Shown here one piece after another: positions 61,020 to 64,000 of a stretch of 64,000 nt of DNA. The stretch's first letter is position 1; each line of letters starts with the position of its first letter. The DNA comes from Cyanophora paradoxa CCMP329 (Eukaryota; Plantae; Glaucophyta), in contig QPMI01000409.1 in the NCBI GenBank assembly GCA_004431415.1, forward strand, positions 248,001-312,000. Reading direction: 5' to 3'. The notes beneath the pieces are model-generated. The model searched no databases and had not been told where the DNA came from. It saw nothing but the letters and a program-made list of their open reading frames with translations. The translations under genes were made by a program, and so were the position numbers.

Positions 61020-63181
61020 TTACCTGCACGAACCAGTGAGAACCAGAACTAGCAATTGCCAGAGCTGCAACAACTTACCATCTCTGTCCTTTAGCGCTGC
61101 AACACCTTGCCCCTGGCATCCCTTCGTTAGAAGCAACACACACGAGAAACGAGGAATGAAAAATCGGGCAACCTTGTACTCCTGTAACTTTGCAATGACA
61201 GCCTGCAGCTGCGAGACAGCACCTAGAACCTGGGCTTCTGCTGCGCCCATCATAGCCTGCAAACAGAAGGGAGTCAAGCGGATCGTGACAAAGCAAATGG
61301 AAGATCCGGCACCTCTCCGATGGCCTTCTGACCCTGTTCCAGAACACGAAGGATGGGGCCAAGACCAGGCCGGACAGACCCAGGAGGCTCTACTGCAGAA
61401 GAGGCATCAGATGATGGTGCTGCCTGGTCTGCTGAAGGCGCAAGGGATTCAGATCCGCCGGGCTGGGCAGCTCCAGGGAGACTTGTTGGTAGCTGTGGTA
61501 GCTGTGAGGCAGCAGCAGAATCACTTTCACCAGAAGACTTTGTTGGCCACGCGTTCGGAACAGTGGCCGCATTGGGCGCTGCTGAAGTTTGCTGGCCATA
61601 GAAATCTGCCAACGTGGACGCACTTCCAGGCGCCTCAACCTGTGTGGAATGGTCAAGGGAAGTGCAACATGGGGTAAATGTGATAACCTCGATCTGATCC
61701 AGACGGGGTCCAGTATATGCCTGGCGCTGTGCAGATGCGAAGGCCTCTGCTTGGCGCATGGCAGCCTCAATCGCAGCCTGGGCTTCGCCCGGAAGTCGCT
61801 CTGCGGGTTACGGAACATGTCGATCATAGATGGAATAATCTAAAGCCAGCGAAACAAAAAAGACCTGCTCGCAGAATAGCCTCAATAGCTGTCTTAGCAG
61901 ATGCAAGCGTGTCTGCAGCAGCAGCTTTGAACTTCCCTGACTGCATCAGGAGTCTCATCAGGACCGGTGCAATCAGAAAGACGGCGAGGTTCGGATTGCA
62001 CCTCACGATCGAGGATTCCCGCATATCTCTGGCTGTCAGCTTCAGATCCTGTCACACCTGTCTCGCCACTGCAATGGATTAGGAGATGATCATCAAGTGA
62101 GAATTGAGCACTTACGAAGTTGGCTGATCTTGGGGATCATCAGAACCAAGGAGGCTAGACTCAGCAGCTGCAGACGCTGCAGATGCAAGTCCTTGCACTG
62201 CACTGCGGTACAAGGATCGAAGCGCCTCGCCTCCAGCACCACCCTTCGATGCTCGTTTGACTCGCAAGCTCTGATCCATTGCCTGCAGCTCCTGACTGCT
62301 TGACCATCAGGATTTGTTCCTTAGAGGTTGCAGAAGACACTCACTTTTTTCGTGCACGGTACTTCCGAAGGTCGTGTGCTATGGCCTCCCGGAAGCGCAC
62401 CACCTCCCGCTCTTTCCGATCTCGTAGTAAGCTGTCAGCAACCTCTTCTAGCTGTTCAAGTCGCTCAGCGAGTCCACCTGCACACACAAGCATTCGAAAG
62501 GTGCCTCATGACAGAAGATGGCACACAAAACACACCCAGCTGCTCTCGCGCTGCGGCAAGCGAAGCACTGACGGCCGGGACCGCTTGTAGTTCGTTCTGA
62601 AGCTCTTGCCATGCCACTGCAGATTGTGCGCACTTCTCCTCAAGGGTCTGCACTTGGTGCAGTGTAATCTGCACATCTTTTCATTACAAACGAATTTCGC
62701 CTGAATTAATATAAAAACTAGAGAGCTTCGTTTCTTAGCCAGTATTCGTATTATGCTCATCTTGAAACCCGTATATCGCACAAAGAGCAGAATTCGTCTG
62801 CAAGCATGTCCAACACAACAAGCGTAAAACACAGGTCTCACCGGTAGGCGCGAAACCAAGGCATGGTTGTTCGCCTTCATCTTGCCACTGAAAGCCTCGT
62901 ATCTGAAAGAAGACGTTTGGTAACGAATGGCTCTTTGGCAGCAAATGGCAGCGCACTTCTGAGAGAATGGCACGCCCGCAGAGAAGTCCACGCATCGCTC
63001 GGACGTACTCCGCGCATCAGTCTGCGTCTGAGTCGGGCCATCCTGCTGACGCGTCGCCGGCTCGCCGGCAGGGTCCCGCTTCAACTTCGCGTCGATGCTG
63101 CGGGTTGCGCGCGCGGTCAGATTCGAGGCTGCAGGCAGCGACGAACAGGACAAACCCCTTGATCAAATCCTTGAACCACAT
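61020..63181 (-). CDS. Coiled-coil protein, possibly golgin-like (multi-exon, lower GC)
   Basis: Start MWFKDLIK|ASNLTARATRSIDAKL. Heptad exons LEEKCAQSAVAWQELQNELQ, LAERLEQLEEVADSLLRDRKERE and VSQLQAVIAKLQEYK. Confidence 0.5.
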
Positions 63182-63704
63182 CGTCGCTGTAGTACGACCG
63201 CTGCGGTGGTACTCCGTCCGCTTCGCGTTTCCGTCTGCCGACGCCGCTGTCGCCGCTCGCGTTCTTTTCGCCGCCCTCGCGTCGCCGCTAACGCCGGCTA
63301 GAAAGCGGTCTGAAGGCGGCTGAGAGCGCCCAAAGAGCCGTCTGACGGGGTACGACGCCAAAACAACGAGAGCGCGCCCAGCCCGCCCATACCAACGCAG
63401 CGCGCGCTTTGGCGCATCGGAGCCGTCCAGGCGAGCGCATTGCGCCAGGCTGGCCAGGCTGGACAGCGCAGTGGCAACTTGCAACGCTCAGCGGCTAGCG
63501 CCAGCGCGCGCTGGCTGGCGCTAGCGCTGGCGCCCGGCGCTAGCGCTATCGCTTGCAGATCGGTCACGAGTCATTGGATACAGATGCAAGAGAACAAGAC
63601 ACGCACAAGAATAAAGCAGTGCGTGATATATCGACATCATGAAACATTAGTCTGGAGGTCTCCAGGTGCCGCGACTTTCCTAGCCTACCGGTACCACCTC
63701 ATGA

Positions 63705-64000
63705 TCAGGACCCTCCTGAAATCGAAGGAGGGGGCGCGGCGGGTGGGCCGGGCTCGCCGGCACGGGCGTGGAGGCGGGCGAGGACGCGGCGCGCAGCGGC
63801 AGCCTCGGGGGAGGCGGCCCGGCGAGCCGCCTCGCAGGCTCGCAGGCCGCCCTCCAGCAGCGGGCGGGCCCCCTCGACGTCCCCCGCCTCCATACGAGCC
63901 TGCCACGCGTACGATGACCACTATGGTCAGTCACTCGGCGGGCGAGCGGGGCCTGGATTCAACCTCGCACCTCGCCCAGGGCGAGCATCGTGGCGGCGGT
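63705..64000 (-). CDS. 3' end of a TPR-like protein (runs off the window)
   Basis: TAATMLALGE|ARMEAGDVEGARPLLEGGLRACEA...AARRVLARLH resembles TPR helix pairs. Confidence 0.5.

Noticed and set aside
1-64000. Hundreds of long Pro/Arg/Ala/Gly-rich ORFs (e.g. 14737-17391, 28510-30273, 8535-10628)
   Set aside because: These are stop-poor frames caused by very high GC and read-through of introns. The real genes are spliced.

Overview
This is very GC-rich, gene-dense eukaryotic nuclear DNA with many short (about 45-100 nt) spliceosomal introns, so most long entries in the ORF track are GC artefacts. I reconstructed gene models by eye. A glaucophyte such as Cyanophora is inferred from plastid transit peptides with an N-terminal Phe (MAAFV/MAFV/MAPAF), a CP12 lacking the N-terminal Cys pair, and a flagellar gene. 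Recognisable genes are: an LRR protein, a small STI1-domain protein, MetAP1, a TMEM115-like protein, a SET/LSMT-like methyltransferase, a PIN/NYN + CCCH protein, two head-to-head CP12 genes, an AmtB-type ammonium transporter, a Cache-sensor hybrid histidine kinase, an AT3 acyltransferase, CFAP251/WDR66 and xanthine dehydrogenase. Five observations stand out. (1) A recurrent X to X-rc(X)-X 6-bp inverted micro-insertion appears in two independent paralog comparisons and fills non-coding DNA with short palindromes. (2) A 4.2-kb palindrome carries two intact CP12 genes whose ATGs are 47 bp apart, with a diverged centre and homogenised arms. (3) A bacterial-type PIN nuclease appears fused to a CCCH finger. 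(4) An AT3 O-acyltransferase appears plastid-targeted. (5) GC-AG introns and introns with self-complementary ends are abundant.
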